A stretch of 64,000 nucleotides of DNA from a bacterium (GTDB taxonomy: Bacteria > UBA8248 > JACPRG01 > G963555815). This document shows positions 41,521-52,774 of the stretch, in pieces. The notes under the pieces were generated by a model. That model was not told the DNA's origin, searched no databases, and saw only the letters and a program-made list of their open reading frames with translations. The translations under genes were made by a program, and so were the position numbers. The stretch lies in assembly GCA_965218795.1 (NCBI GenBank), contig OZ244653.1, positions 992,001 through 1,056,000 of the forward strand, in the 5' to 3' direction. Every line of letters begins with the position of its first letter. The stretch's first letter is position 1.

Positions 41521-42401
41521 ATGTCGGGCGGGATCCCCGTGGAGCAAATCACTTCCCACGTCCATATCTCCACCGAGCACGGGGCTTGTACGGTCGGCGC
41601 CATTCAGTCCTCCGGCGGAGTCGTCCTCATCGACTCCCCGAACCGCGCCACCGGCGCCTTGCAATGGCGGGAGGAGATCGAACGCCTCGGGCCGGTCCGT
41701 TACCTCATCAACACCGAGCACCACGTCGATCACGTTTTCGGGAATTACTTCCTTCCGGGCACCATCATCTCGAACCATTACAACAAACAGAATTTTTATC
41801 AGGAAGGCTTCCACGGGACGAAAAGCGCCGAAGGCCCCAGCCGTCTCCTGGACCCCGAAGGCTACATGCGGGACGAAGACCCGGAAAAGGGCTCGCGCTG
41901 GTATCCGATTACCGGCCTCGGGAGCCTGAGATCGTTTATCGGGGCGGCTTGACGCTCTGTCTCGGAGACCTGACGATTGACGCCCTCGAGACGGCCGGTC
42001 ACATGCCCGCCAACACCATCGTCTATGTGCGCGAAGACCGCACCCTCTTTACCGGGGACAATGTATTTCACAATGTGATGACCTGGTTTCACGAGTCCGT
42101 TCCGCTGAAATGGCTGGAGACCCTCGACCGCCTTCGCGCAATGCCGATTGATGTGGTTGTGCCGGGCCACGGCAAGGCCGGCGGTCCGGAACTCATCGAC
42201 GCAATGAAAATCGTCGTGTCGACGGCCGTGGAGCGGGTTCAGTCGGCGATTGACTCGGGGATGACGCGGGAAGAGACCACCGAACGAATCAGCTTTGAGG
42301 ACCTGCAGCCCGTTCTGAAGCGTCTCCGGCACCGGCTCCCCGGCCTCCAGCGGATTTTCGTCGGGCGGGTCTACGATCAACTACAGGCACAGGACGCCTG
42401 A
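41521..42401 (+). pseudogene. MBL-fold metallo-hydrolase with -1 frameshift near 41885
   Basis: LINTEHHVDH..GN in frame 1; AGH..LFTGDN..VVPGHG in the -1 frame. Confidence 0.8.
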
Positions 42402-42416
42402 GAAGGCGGGAGCGGG

Positions 42417-43004
42417 ATGACGCCCTCAGACCCTCAAGATGTTTTCGATCGGTTCGTGGCGGAAGTCTCTACCGGTTTGGCCAAGGCTGGAACCCCTGAA
42501 GCGGTCACCCTCATGGTGGAGGAATCCCTGGCGCGAATTCTTCCGGATTCATCCTGGTTGGCGGAGGAACACCGGAAGCCGTCCGGCGAGGGATTCACCC
42601 GGAGCCTCATATTTCGACACCCGGAGCTCGGCTTCGCGGTGGTGGCCACGGTTTGGAGTCCAGGTCAGGGAACCCCTGTCCACGATCACGGCGGCATATG
42701 GGGAGTCGAGGGGGTGGTGGAAGGAACCGTCCGAATTCGACAGTTCAATCCGGTCAGCGGCGAGGAGCCCGCCGGAAGGATTCACATTCGCCAGGAACGA
42801 GAATACACGGCCCGATTGGGTGACATCGAGCGCTTGGTTCCAGGCTCGGATCATCACCAAATGGAAAATGCTGGCGACATGCCGGCCGTCACGGTTCACG
42901 TTTTCGGTGACTATCCCTTGAAACCCCGGGTTTACGAAGACGCAGAGGACGGCACGTTCTTCCTGGCCGTTCAGAACCGCCGGTGGGAAGAGATCGGAGA
43001 TTGA
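42417..43004 (+). CDS. Cysteine dioxygenase-like cupin
   Basis: WSPGQGTPVHDH..WGV..HQMEN..AVTVHVF. Confidence 0.85.
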   Translation: MTPSDPQDVFDRFVAEVSTGLAKAGTPEAVTLMVEESLARILPDSSWLAEEHRKPSGEGFTRSLIFRHPELGFAVVATVWSPGQGTPVHDHGGIWGVEGVVEGTVRIRQFNPVSGEEPAGRIHIRQEREYTARLGDIERLVPGSDHHQMENAGDMPAVTVHVFGDYPLKPRVYEDAEDGTFFLAVQNRRWEEIGD

Positions 43005-43523
43005 AGGCCGGCCGGATGGGTTCGGTCGAGGGGGGTTTGTCCTGCCTGAAGACGGGACGCCGGGCTCCGAATGCAACCGCTCGGACGGGAAGGATTCGGC
43101 GGACTCAAGTCCAGTTCAAGAGGGATTGATGCGGCAGACCTTTAAAGGTTACCCGTAAAGTAAAGGCTCACGAATGTCACGGCCACGATGAGTCTCAACA
43201 TCAGCCGGAGAAACCGATCCCCAGCTCATTTCGGCCAAAGGAGCGACTCTGATGGATCGCCATCTGTTCGCGCTCAATGCCGGAGAGTCTCTTTCGTCGC
43301 TGCTTGAAAGTGACCCGATCAGAGGACTGCGGACGGCGGCCGGACCCGGATTTCGATCCCTTTCGGCGTGGCCCGTCTGACTGCGGGCGTTGTGCTTACG
43401 CTGATTCACGATCTATTCTCACAAAAACAATATTCGATTCCTACGAACATCCGGCCCTATATACGACCATCAATAAAGGACTTACCTCACGGACTCACCA
43501 AATACCACACAAAGGAAATTCGG

Positions 43524-43928
43524 ATGACCCAGCGAGCCGACGATCCATCCGGTTCAAAGCGTGTTTCTTTCAAGGAGGCAGAGTTTCCCCAGATCGATTG
43601 TGTAACCAACGATTATGCCGGACGGGACTATGAAGTGAAATTCTCCATACCCGAGTTCACTTGTGTGTGTCCCGTGACCGGTCAGCCGGATTTCGCTGAG
43701 TTTCGTATTTCTTATACCCCCGGCGAAGTGCTCATAGAGTTGAAGTCGCTGAAGCTCTACATCCATTCTTATCGGAACGTCGGAATTCATCATGAGTCGG
43801 CCACAAACAAGATCCTTGATGATCTTGTTGCAGCCTGCATGCCACGGCGGATGGAGGTGGTTGGCGACTTCTCGGTCCGGGGAGGGATCAAGACAATCGT
43901 TCGCGCTTCCTACCCGGAAGTGAAGTAA
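43524..43928 (+). CDS. queF: NADPH-dependent preQ0 reductase (preQ1 synthase)
   Basis: PEFTCVCPVTGQPDFA, ELKSLKLY, HHE, RGGI; AAGGA RBS. Confidence 0.96.
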   Translation: MTQRADDPSGSKRVSFKEAEFPQIDCVTNDYAGRDYEVKFSIPEFTCVCPVTGQPDFAEFRISYTPGEVLIELKSLKLYIHSYRNVGIHHESATNKILDDLVAACMPRRMEVVGDFSVRGGIKTIVRASYPEVK

Positions 43929-44594
43929 TTATCCCTTGACCGGCTGCGCACTCAGACTTTCCAAAACACTCTCCGAATTCGTGACATTGGTGAATCCGGA
44001 AAGCCCTTTCAGGACCCCCCGATGGACCTCCGGGTTCCAGGTGGTCATCAGGTCGTGAGCCATCACGACCCGGAAATCGCGCTGATAGGCATCGAAGGCC
44101 GTCGCCTGAACGCAATGGTTCGTGTAGACCCCCGTCAGCACCACCGTTTCGATGTCGAAGCTTCTCAGCAATTCCTCAAGCGGCGTGCCCAGGAAACTGC
44201 TGAACCGCACTTTGACCACTTCATCGTCCGGCTCCGGCAGGAGATCGACCGTCGCCGCACCCCAGGACCCGGGGCGCAGCCCCTCTTTTCTCAGAAAGGG
44301 CCGGCTTTCGAGATGAAGTCCCGCCTCCAAGGGATTCCCGTTTGCATCACACTTGTAAACGGTCCGGATGTTGATCAGCCGCGCCCTCGCTTCCCTCGCC
44401 GCAACCAGGAAATCCCGGAGCGGCTCCAGCAGCGCGGGGATGCTCGGGCAGGCCAGCCCGTTGCGGGCATAGACGCCTTCCGGAAGGCAGAAATCGTTTT
44501 GAACGTCAATGACGAGAACCGCGGTGGATTGCGGCTCCAGCTTCAGGGGGATCGCGGGGAAATCCCCAACCGTCTGGCGGAATTCATCGTTCAT
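43929..44594 (-). CDS. Isochorismatase-family cysteine hydrolase
   Basis: IDVQNDF, VVKVRFSSF, TGVYTNHCV (D-K-C triad). Confidence 0.92.
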   Translation of the reverse strand: MNDEFRQTVGDFPAIPLKLEPQSTAVLVIDVQNDFCLPEGVYARNGLACPSIPALLEPLRDFLVAAREARARLINIRTVYKCDANGNPLEAGLHLESRPFLRKEGLRPGSWGAATVDLLPEPDDEVVKVRFSSFLGTPLEELLRSFDIETVVLTGVYTNHCVQATAFDAYQRDFRVVMAHDLMTTWNPEVHRGVLKGLSGFTNVTNSESVLESLSAQPVKG

Positions 44595-45532
44595 CGAGCG
44601 GCCCCCTCTGTTTCCTTTTTTTGCAAAGACCGGAGAATCTGCTCGGAGATGTCCAAACCCACTCGTCCACTGAACCCCTCGATGATCCTTTTCGAGATCG
44701 GGCCGGGAGCGCTTTTCCGCAGCGGTTGCCCGTTGATCTTCCCCACGGGGAGAAGGACGAAACTGGTGGTGCAGAGAAACGCCTCATCGGCGTTGATGGC
44801 GTCAAAGACGGTCATGTCCCCTTCCCGCACCGGGATGCCCTCTTCCGCCGCGATCTCCATGATTTCCATCCGGGTGATCCCTTCCAAAACGTTCAGCAGG
44901 CTGGCCGTCAGCAGCGTATCCCCGGAAACGGCGAAAAAGTTGGCAAAACTGCTCTCCGTGATGAACCCCCGGGTGTCGAGCATCAACGGGTAGCAGCGTG
45001 GTTCCACCATCCGCGCCTGGAAGTTGGCCTGTATGTGATTCGCCTTGTTTGTGATTTTGGCCCGGGCGTCCAGGGACTCCGACGGTGTGCGTCGAACGGC
45101 GGGCGTCACCAGGTGCGCGCCGTGTTGAAAATCCTCGACGAACTGCGGTGTGAACTCGAGCGGCACACAATAGATCACCATCGTCGCCGGAACGCCGGAC
45201 ACCCCGTGGGTCGACCGCAGGCTGACGCCGCGGCTGACGTTGTGCCAGATCTGGTAGTCTTCCCCTTCTTCAAGCAGGTGGGCGTTTCGTTCGAGAACCT
45301 CCAGGGTGATTCGCTCCAGGTCCTCCGAAGAGAGCGCCGGGTCCAGCTGCATGTATCGCATGGAGCTGTCAAGTCGCCGCAGATGGCGGTCCAGGCGAAA
45401 GGGCTTGCCGCTATACGTGCGGGTCATTTCATAGACACCGTCGCCCGCCCGAAAACCGGCGTCGAAGATCGATACCTTCGCCTCCGATTCAGGGAGGAAT
45501 TCACCGTTGATGTAAACCACGCGATCGTCCAT
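44591..45532 (-). CDS. Class IV aminotransferase (BCAT/D-AAT-like)
   Basis: YINGEF..GDGVYE..HLRRL, AKITN, ESSFAN, LEGITR, ADEAF. Confidence 0.92.
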   Translation of the reverse strand: MDDRVVYINGEFLPESEAKVSIFDAGFRAGDGVYEMTRTYSGKPFRLDRHLRRLDSSMRYMQLDPALSSEDLERITLEVLERNAHLLEEGEDYQIWHNVSRGVSLRSTHGVSGVPATMVIYCVPLEFTPQFVEDFQHGAHLVTPAVRRTPSESLDARAKITNKANHIQANFQARMVEPRCYPLMLDTRGFITESSFANFFAVSGDTLLTASLLNVLEGITRMEIMEIAAEEGIPVREGDMTVFDAINADEAFLCTTSFVLLPVGKINGQPLRKSAPGPISKRIIEGFSGRVGLDISEQILRSLQKKETEGAAR

Positions 45533-45732
45533 AGTCTCTGCCTCCAAGCTCCGAAACTGGTGAACCTTCTCAAGAGTATTCAACTGCGTTCGAGACCGGA
45601 AGTCCAGCGTTTTGAGAGGGCCTCTCCCGAATCCGGTCTCGCCCATACCGGCCCCTTTCCTTTGCCCAAGAGACGGTCATCATGAAGCAATTTGAAATGT
45701 AAAACCTGATCCCGATGCTTCCCTTGCATGGC

Positions 45733-46847
45733 TAGTACCTTGTAACAGAGACTTTGCTAGTGGTGATTCGCCGTGAGCCATCAGTATAGCTCCACTTGAT
45801 GGGTTTGGGTTTCTTGTTGCACTGTCGAATATAGCGCATCAGTTTTCGAGCCAAATCAGGAACCGAAGTGAAGACGCCGCGGGCAATGACGTCGCGTTGG
45901 ATTTTTGCGAACCAGATTTCGACCTGATTCAACCAAGAGGAATAAGTTGGGGTGAAATGCAAATGCACGCGCGGGTGAGCGTCAAGAAACTGTCGCACGC
46001 GGCGGCTCTTATGAGCCGACAGATTGTCTGCGATGATGTGAATTTCACGCCGCTTGGGTTGTCTGGCCACGATGCCAGAAAGGAAAGCCACAAAGGCCTC
46101 GCTGGTGTGCCTCGCTGCGGTCTTGCCGATGACCTCGCCGGTCTTTGTATTCAGGGCCGCATACAGCGAGAGCGTTCCGTGCCGGTAATACTCGAAACCG
46201 TGACGCTCGGCGCGACCCGGAGAAAGCGGCAACACGGGATCGAATCGGTCCAAGGCCTGAATGGCGGTTTTTTCATCCACACAGAAAACGGCGGCGTGTT
46301 GCGGCGGGTTGACATAGAGGCCAATGATATCGGCCGCCTTCTTCTCAAAGTCCGGATCATTCGATGCCATGTAACGTTGAATGCGGTGGGGTTGCAGACC
46401 CGCACGTTTCCAAACCCGGGCCACCATCATGTGGTGGGTGCCCAACTGCCGCGCCAGCTTGCGACTACTCCAGTGCGTCGATCCGTCCGGTGGTCGGCGC
46501 CTGGTCCAGTCCAGAATCCGAGCCTCCAGCCGGGGGGTGCGCTTGTGAACCGCTCGACCGCAATGTCTGGAATACAAGCCGGCCAGTCCCTCTTGTTGGA
46601 ACCGGGTCTTCCATCGGCTCACATACCGGGCATCGCAGCCCACGGCGCGCTGGATCCTCAAATAAGACTCCCCGGCATCGAGCATCAGAATGACTTGGGC
46701 TCGTCGGACGTCTTCGGACCGCAGCACGCGCGAACGGGATCGCCGTTGCAGTTCTTCTCTTTCATCGGAAGTCAGCTGAATGGGGGTGTTTGGCATGCAT
46801 GATACTGTACCAAACATTACTGGCTATCTCAATGTTACAGTCCACTA
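45733..46847 (-). mobile_element. IS630-family element, copy 1
   Basis: 361-aa transposase (VDEK, ADN..HK, SSWLNQVE); CTAG at both ends, IR core tgtaaca/tgttaca. Confidence 0.95.
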
Positions 46848-46873
46848 GAGACCATAGAATAGAGGAAACGCCG

Positions 46874-47378
46874 ATGACCAGAGAGTTGCCCCTTGCGATT
46901 TCCCGCGTGTTGTCATACTTGGCCTGACCGTGTTAGCCGTCGGTTATGCATCCCCACAGACGCCACCAGCCCGTAAGCAGGCGAATCTTCCAGTTCTAAA
47001 GACATGGCAAGCAGGCAGTGAAACGGAGTCGAGACTGATTGACGACGGATGCTCGCGAAATTCCAGGATAAGCGGCTGTCTCAACTCATTGAGGAAGTCG
47101 AAACGGCGCTTACGAACGAACGGGTCCTCCAGGTACGAGAGGAACGGCTGGCTGTCGTTGCCGAGGAGTTGACCGAGGCTCTGCGCATTATGGAGCTGCG
47201 CTATAACGTTGACGAGATCGATTTTCTCCGCCTCAGCCAGGTGAGAAAGCAATCTTTCAGGGCGCGCAGCGACTTGCTCAAGGCGCAGGTGGAACGTTTG
47301 AAACAGTGTGTCAATTTGCACTTGGCCCTTGGGGGGTCTGAAGCCCGGCCGCCGGCAGGAAGGCGCGACACGTCATGA
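46874..47378 (+). pseudogene. Outer-membrane efflux (TolC/NodT) remnant
   Basis: Only fragments: D..LSQLIEE joined to EVETAL..RY..IDFL..VNLHLALGG. Confidence 0.65.
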
Positions 47379-48536
47379 ATACAGACAAGCCGAGCATATG
47401 GAGTATCGTTTCTCTTGCCTTCACGCTTTCGATCACGGGGTTGACGATCGGCGGCTGTAAGCCGTCGTCCGACGACTATGTGGCGCCACCGCCGCCAACG
47501 GTCACTGTGAGCCAGCCCGTACAGCGCAACGTGATGGACTACATCGAATTCACCGGAATGACCGAAGCCGTTCAAATCGTGGAGATTCGGGCACGGGTGA
47601 AAGGTTTTTTGCAAAGCAGCCATTTCAAGGCGGGCACGGACGTTAAGAAAGATGATTTGCTCTATGTAATCGATCCCAAGTCCTTTCAAGCGCAGGTGAA
47701 CAAGGCGCAGGCTGATCTGAATCGGAGAATTGCAGAGCTCGAACTGGCTCAGGCGAACTACAGGCGCTATGAGACCCTCTACCGTAAGCGCACGGTTTCA
47801 GAGGTGAAATTAGCCGAGGCCAAAGCGGCTCGGGACACTGCGAAAGCCGACATCGAAGCGGCACGAGCAGTGCTTGAAGAGGCCAGACTTGATCTCAGTT
47901 ATACCCGGGTCCGCGCGCCGATCAGTGGTCGGGTCGGACGCAATCTGGTGAGTGTGGGCAATCTCGTCGGGTCGGGCGAGAGTACACATTTGACCACGAT
48001 AGTGCAATATAACCCGGTTTGGGCCTATTTCAGCGTGAACGAGCGCGATCTCCTGCGCTTACGACAGAAGGCTCATGAGAAGAAAGGCAGGGCGAAGCAG
48101 AAGAAGGGTCGGCGGGGTGTGATACACCTTCGGACTGGCGAATGAAACGGGGTATCCCCACAAAGGCCGGCTCGATTTCGCCGATCTTGGTGTCGATCCC
48201 GGCACGGGTACTTTTCTCCTGCGTGGAAGATTCGCTAATCCCGCGCCACACGTTATATTGCCGGGAATGTTTGTCCAGTTGCGTGGTCTCCTCGGCAAAC
48301 GAGATGCCGCCTTGCTCGTCACAGAGCGCGCATTGGGGGCTGACCAGGGCGGTCGCTACGTACTCGTTGTCAATGAGAAAAATGTGGTTGAATACCGTCC
48401 GGTCAAGGTTGGGGCCTTGCATGATCGGATGCGTGTGATTGAGGAGGGGTTACGGCCAAGCGACTGGGTCGTGGTGAACGGTGTGTTGCGCGCGCCCAGG
48501 GGCGACGGTCAACCCGAAACGTCAGAAGAAGGGTAG
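47375..48536 (+). pseudogene. RND efflux periplasmic adaptor, frameshifted near 48130; no permease follows
   Basis: VEIRARVKG, LDLSYTRVRAPISGRVG; continuation GLANETGYPH..LPGMFV in another frame. Confidence 0.85.
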
Positions 48537-48724
48537 TTAGCGGCTTACACGGATCCCACCCCCACACGAATAGACGCCGGTTTGGAAACGGTCTTGAAAC
48601 AGCCGTGAAATGCCCTTGCAAGGGCGTTGCAAGGGGCGTGCATGGACCGCGCTCGATGCCGGCGGCGGCCGATCTGCTTTCCGACCGGAGCGACGCTCAT
48701 CCAGGGATCCTTGGACACCCTTAG

Positions 48725-48760
48725 ATGGCGCGGGCGGGGGACTCGAACCCCCCCGTGGCA
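48725..48760 (-). other. tRNA-like 3' end (T-arm plus ..GCCA), possible att remnant
   Basis: Minus strand GGGGG-TTCGAGT-CCCCC-GCCCGC-GCCA; no convincing D or anticodon arm. Confidence 0.5.
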
Positions 48761-49109
48761 CACTTGGCTAGGCTTTCGACAATGATTGGCTCCGTATTGC
48801 CTGCGCATGTTCGCTCACCACCGTGGACCCGCTGCGCCACGAGCTCCCATACGCCGAATAAATTTCTGCGCATTTTCACCTCCGTTGGCACATTAATAAT
48901 GAGCCTCATCAGGTGAGAAACATGCGCGGCAATCCCGGCACCGCACATGGCGTCGGTCGCCATGGCAGCCAAGCTCTAAGTTAATTTTTAGGATAGCGGT
49001 TGACCCAACCGATTCCAACCGGACAAGACAGTTTCTGAGGATATCATACTTGATGAATGGCTTTCGGATTGGTGTGCCGCAGCGTGTGTGCAGGGCAAGG
49101 ATCGCACGG

Positions 49110-49250
49110 GTCGTGGCCCACTTGAAGGTCGGCTTGACCATGCAGGATATTGACGGCCGGCTGGCCGAGGATGAACGCCCCGGCGTCTTCCTCACCAATG
49201 CACTCACCGGATGGGAGCCGAGAACGACCAAGTCATTGACGTGGACCAAA
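49110..49250 (+). pseudogene. Probable relic of a type ISP-like R-M methyltransferase
   Basis: VVAHLKVGLTMQDIDGRLAEDERPGVFLTNALTGWEP resembles, from memory, the segment preceding motif IV in these enzymes. Confidence 0.55.
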
Positions 49251-49378
49251 TTCGGGCTGCTCCGCCGCGCATTGAGGGGCCGTTCGGACCCTGTCCCGAG
49301 CAAGGCGGGAAGCCTCCCGCCCGCTATCCCAATCTAAGGCCAAGTGGGATTTTGGCCTTTGAAGTATCTCGGCTTTAT

Positions 49379-52300
49379 TCACCCTGTCAGTATGTCGAAA
49401 CAGATCAGCCGTAAGTCGTCACGCGTATAGCTGCGCCGACCGCCGTTCTCGCTGGCTTGTTTTTCGGTGTGTTCCTTTCCACTTTCAGTTTGCAGTTGAG
49501 TGGTCTTGTCCAGCAGAGCCTGAATATCTCCCCTCGACTGAAACGCCTTGTATGCTTGCCGAAGTTCCCTGATATTTGCCTGGATCATGGGCTGGTTGAG
49601 GAACCGAATCGCATCCATCGCACGCCGTCTGTCAACATCTGGGTGATCGATGTAACCTTGTATGACTGTCGATACGGTCTGTTGGATGGGATCGACCTGC
49701 CGCGGAACCGCTTCCAGGGCCTCTTGCTGCTGGACAGACTCCAAGATGTTTTCGATAATCTTCTCCTGAAGATTGAAGACCTGTTCGAAAACCTCCGGGT
49801 CAACAACGCGGGGCGTGTCTTTCTGGCAGGCAATCAGATTTGCGACGAGATAACGGTTGTCGATGATTCGGTCGTCCTTCAGGTCGTAATACCGCCAGAA
49901 GTTGTCCTTTCCACTCCCTGAATCTCTCGCCTGGAAATAGAAGAACACACCCTTCGCGTCCGGCTTGACCAACCCCGAATGTATCCCATCCGGTAAAGAT
50001 TCGAGCATCTCCCGGCCGCCTGCATCCAGCAATCCGCGAAGTTGCTGGGCCAAAAACTCGCTGCTGGCCAGCTCCGAAAACTCTTCTTCCTCTCGGATGA
50101 CCGATCCGTCTTCGTCCCGGATGCGCCTCAGTGTGTTGAATGTGCGGGGATGAACAGCCTCCCCGAGCACGCTGGCATCCATTAGTCCAACTTGATCGAT
50201 ATCCGCAATTCGCTGGCTCAGGCGTTCGACCAGCCGAAGGAGCTTCTCCAGCCCCTCGTCTGGAAACATGTTGAAAATCCAGAGGGTGTCGAATTCCGTG
50301 CCGATGCGGTCGATACGCCCTGCCCGCTGAACCATCCGGGTGGGGTTCCAGTGGAGGTCGTAATTGACCAAGTGGCCGCAATCCTGGAGGTTTTGTCCTT
50401 CAGAGAGCACGTCCGTAGAGATCAGGATATCGATCTCTTTGTCGGTTCCAGCCCAATCGGACATTTCGTTGGCAATTGGGGCAAATTCCTGAATGATACG
50501 AGTCCGGTCTTTCGGCCCGGCGCCGCTGTCGATTCTTCGAATTTTGACGTCGTCCAGGCTCTCTCGAAATTCTTCGCCTTCAGGCCCCCCGAGTTCCCGG
50601 TAGAGATATCGGGCGGTGTCCTTGTAATAGCTGAAAAGGAGGACCTTCTGTCCCTTCAGTTCCGTGGAGAGGAGCACCTTCAGCCGGGCCAGCTTGGCGT
50701 CTTTGTCCGGGCCGATGTCCTTCACCCGGTCCCAAATACGGTTGAGCACTTCCACGTCGTGTTGGAGCGCATCGTGGAGTTTTCGGAGGTCGTATTTCCC
50801 CGGATCGATTTCCTCCATTTGGTCCATGATGTCTCTTGCTTCCTCGCTGGTGTCCATCTCTTCGGCCAAAGAGATAGGCGTGGCGTCGTCCTCTTCGTTC
50901 TCGCGCTCGATGAATCGGAGTGCGTTGTGAAATTCGGCGCTCTGGAGGATACGGCCATCCAGGATGTATGACTCGAACGTCTTGATGAACGCCAGCGCGC
51001 GCCGCACGCTGATCCGGAAGGCGTCGATACTGGACTCGAACCTCTTCAAGTACCGGCTCTTGAAAATCCCGACCAAGGCCTGTTCGCGGCCCGCCTCGAA
51101 ATCGTCCCTATCCACGCCGGCCTTCTTATAGGACTCCAGATTGTAGGGGGCTAGCTTCAGGCTCTCGATACCGGAAACAACCTCATCGTAGATGCCGGCG
51201 TATGTGGCCTCCAGGTCGTATTTAATGGTTCGGAGCTTGCGTTGGGGGAAGTGGATCTTCTTGCCTTCAATGGTGGCTTCGGGATAGGCCGTACGAATGA
51301 AATGACGGGTCCTTCGGATAACGATTTCTTCCAACAGGTTGAACAGGGAGACCGGCCCTGGGCCGTTCGTCCGGGCGTCGCGCCGTGCGCGCAGAAAGTA
51401 TCGATACAGGTCCCCGATACCGCAGGCCGAGAAATAGCCTCGGTCTCCCTGGGTAATGAGATTGATCTGATTGTGCAGGTCGAACAGGTCGTTATTGATT
51501 GGCGTGGCCGATAGGAGGATGACCTTCTTTCGGCTTCCGTCTCGTCCCCGCCCTCCATTTCCGCTTAGGACCCGCTCCAGGTTTCCGTACCGTTGCGCCG
51601 TCGCATTTCGGAAATTGTGCGATTCGTCGATGAGGATGACATCCGAGTCCCCCCATGGTTCGGGTTCAAACTCCGCGCGGCCAAATTCCTCCTGGGATAG
51701 AACCATTGCCGAGATGGACGCATCCCTGAGCTCGTGTGTCCACATGTCCCGCAAACTGGCGGGGCACACAACGATCGCCTTCTGTCGCATGTGATAGGCG
51801 AAATCTTCCAGCAGCTTCTTGCCGATCCAAGTTTTTCCGAGGCCCACGGAATCCGCGATCATTACCCCGTCGTAACGCGAAAGAATTCTTCGGGCCTTCT
51901 TGACAGCGTCTTCCTGAAACTCGGCCAACTCCACGGCGGATCGCGTTCCCGTCGGGATTTCCCCTTCCAGGTCGTCCTTGAAGTACTCGAACAGAGCTTT
52001 CATGTAGACCTCGTAGGGGGTGTATTCCTTCCGGCCGAACTTGGAGGCGTCGAGAAGGGAGATGAGATCCTCCTTGAAGTTGCGGCTCTCGGCCCATCTC
52101 TCCTCGAACCACCGCTCCAGATCGATGATGGCCCGCGCGCCGACCTCGCTCTTTAGAAGCTGCTGGTTCTCAAGTTTTATCTGGCGGCTGGGTTTTGTGT
52201 CCGAGAGCCAGGAAACCGCTTGCGCTGCATCGGGGTCTTCGACTTCTGAGGGATCCAGAAGGACTTTGTGTGCCAAGTTGAGCTCACGATTCGAGGTCAG

Positions 52301-52774
52301 GCCGGGGATGGTGAAGTTAGAGGATCCTACAATCGCCAGAACAGGCCGGAATCGATCGAAGAGCATTTGCTGATCGGGCCGATCGGAGTAGAACAACCAG
52401 CTCTTGGCGTGGAGGAAGCCTTTCTCGTGGATCCGCACGGCGACCGTATCCCGCCTCAAGTACGCGATGAGGTCTTCGACCGTCCGGAGGGTGTCTTCCG
52501 TAAAAGGAAGGTCTTCCAGATCTTGCCGGATCAGGCCCTTTAGCCGGTTGGATTCAGGCCGGAGGCCCAGGGCTTCGCCGCTTCTTGGCTCCTCGCCGAG
52601 GAGGAGCCGGAAGTTACCGAGGGTCTGAAGGCCCTCTCTGAGAAGCTCGAATCCGCCGACCGTGAAATACGCCGTGGCGGTGTCGAGCGACCGGCCCGCG
52701 GATTCGGCTAGGGCTTGGCTAAGAACAGCAGCCAGCCGATGCTGCTCGTTGTCAATGACGTACGGGATTTTCAT
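49379..52774 (-). CDS. SNF2-like SF2 helicase with N-terminal phospholipase D-type nuclease domain
   Basis: FLHAK..GSSNFT..NRELN (PLD); ADSVGLGKT, DESHN, LSATPINN, STDVLSEGQNLQ, WNP..QRAGRIDR. Confidence 0.92.
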   Translation of the reverse strand: MKIPYVIDNEQHRLAAVLSQALAESAGRSLDTATAYFTVGGFELLREGLQTLGNFRLLLGEEPRSGEALGLRPESNRLKGLIRQDLEDLPFTEDTLRTVEDLIAYLRRDTVAVRIHEKGFLHAKSWLFYSDRPDQQMLFDRFRPVLAIVGSSNFTIPGLTSNRELNLAHKVLLDPSEVEDPDAAQAVSWLSDTKPSRQIKLENQQLLKSEVGARAIIDLERWFEERWAESRNFKEDLISLLDASKFGRKEYTPYEVYMKALFEYFKDDLEGEIPTGTRSAVELAEFQEDAVKKARRILSRYDGVMIADSVGLGKTWIGKKLLEDFAYHMRQKAIVVCPASLRDMWTHELRDASISAMVLSQEEFGRAEFEPEPWGDSDVILIDESHNFRNATAQRYGNLERVLSGNGGRGRDGSRKKVILLSATPINNDLFDLHNQINLITQGDRGYFSACGIGDLYRYFLRARRDARTNGPGPVSLFNLLEEIVIRRTRHFIRTAYPEATIEGKKIHFPQRKLRTIKYDLEATYAGIYDEVVSGIESLKLAPYNLESYKKAGVDRDDFEAGREQALVGIFKSRYLKRFESSIDAFRISVRRALAFIKTFESYILDGRILQSAEFHNALRFIERENEEDDATPISLAEEMDTSEEARDIMDQMEEIDPGKYDLRKLHDALQHDVEVLNRIWDRVKDIGPDKDAKLARLKVLLSTELKGQKVLLFSYYKDTARYLYRELGGPEGEEFRESLDDVKIRRIDSGAGPKDRTRIIQEFAPIANEMSDWAGTDKEIDILISTDVLSEGQNLQDCGHLVNYDLHWNPTRMVQRAGRIDRIGTEFDTLWIFNMFPDEGLEKLLRLVERLSQRIADIDQVGLMDASVLGEAVHPRTFNTLRRIRDEDGSVIREEEEFSELASSEFLAQQLRGLLDAGGREMLESLPDGIHSGLVKPDAKGVFFYFQARDSGSGKDNFWRYYDLKDDRIIDNRYLVANLIACQKDTPRVVDPEVFEQVFNLQEKIIENILESVQQQEALEAVPRQVDPIQQTVSTVIQGYIDHPDVDRRRAMDAIRFLNQPMIQANIRELRQAYKAFQSRGDIQALLDKTTQLQTESGKEHTEKQASENGGRRSYTRDDLRLICFDILTG

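Noticed and set aside
43010-43523. preQ1 riboswitch upstream of queF
   Set aside because: I could not find the short stem plus A-rich tail consensus by eye; an Rfam search would settle it.
48725-48810. Functional tRNA or tRNA-Sec gene
   Set aside because: No proper D or anticodon arm, too short for tRNA-Sec, and acceptor spacing is off.
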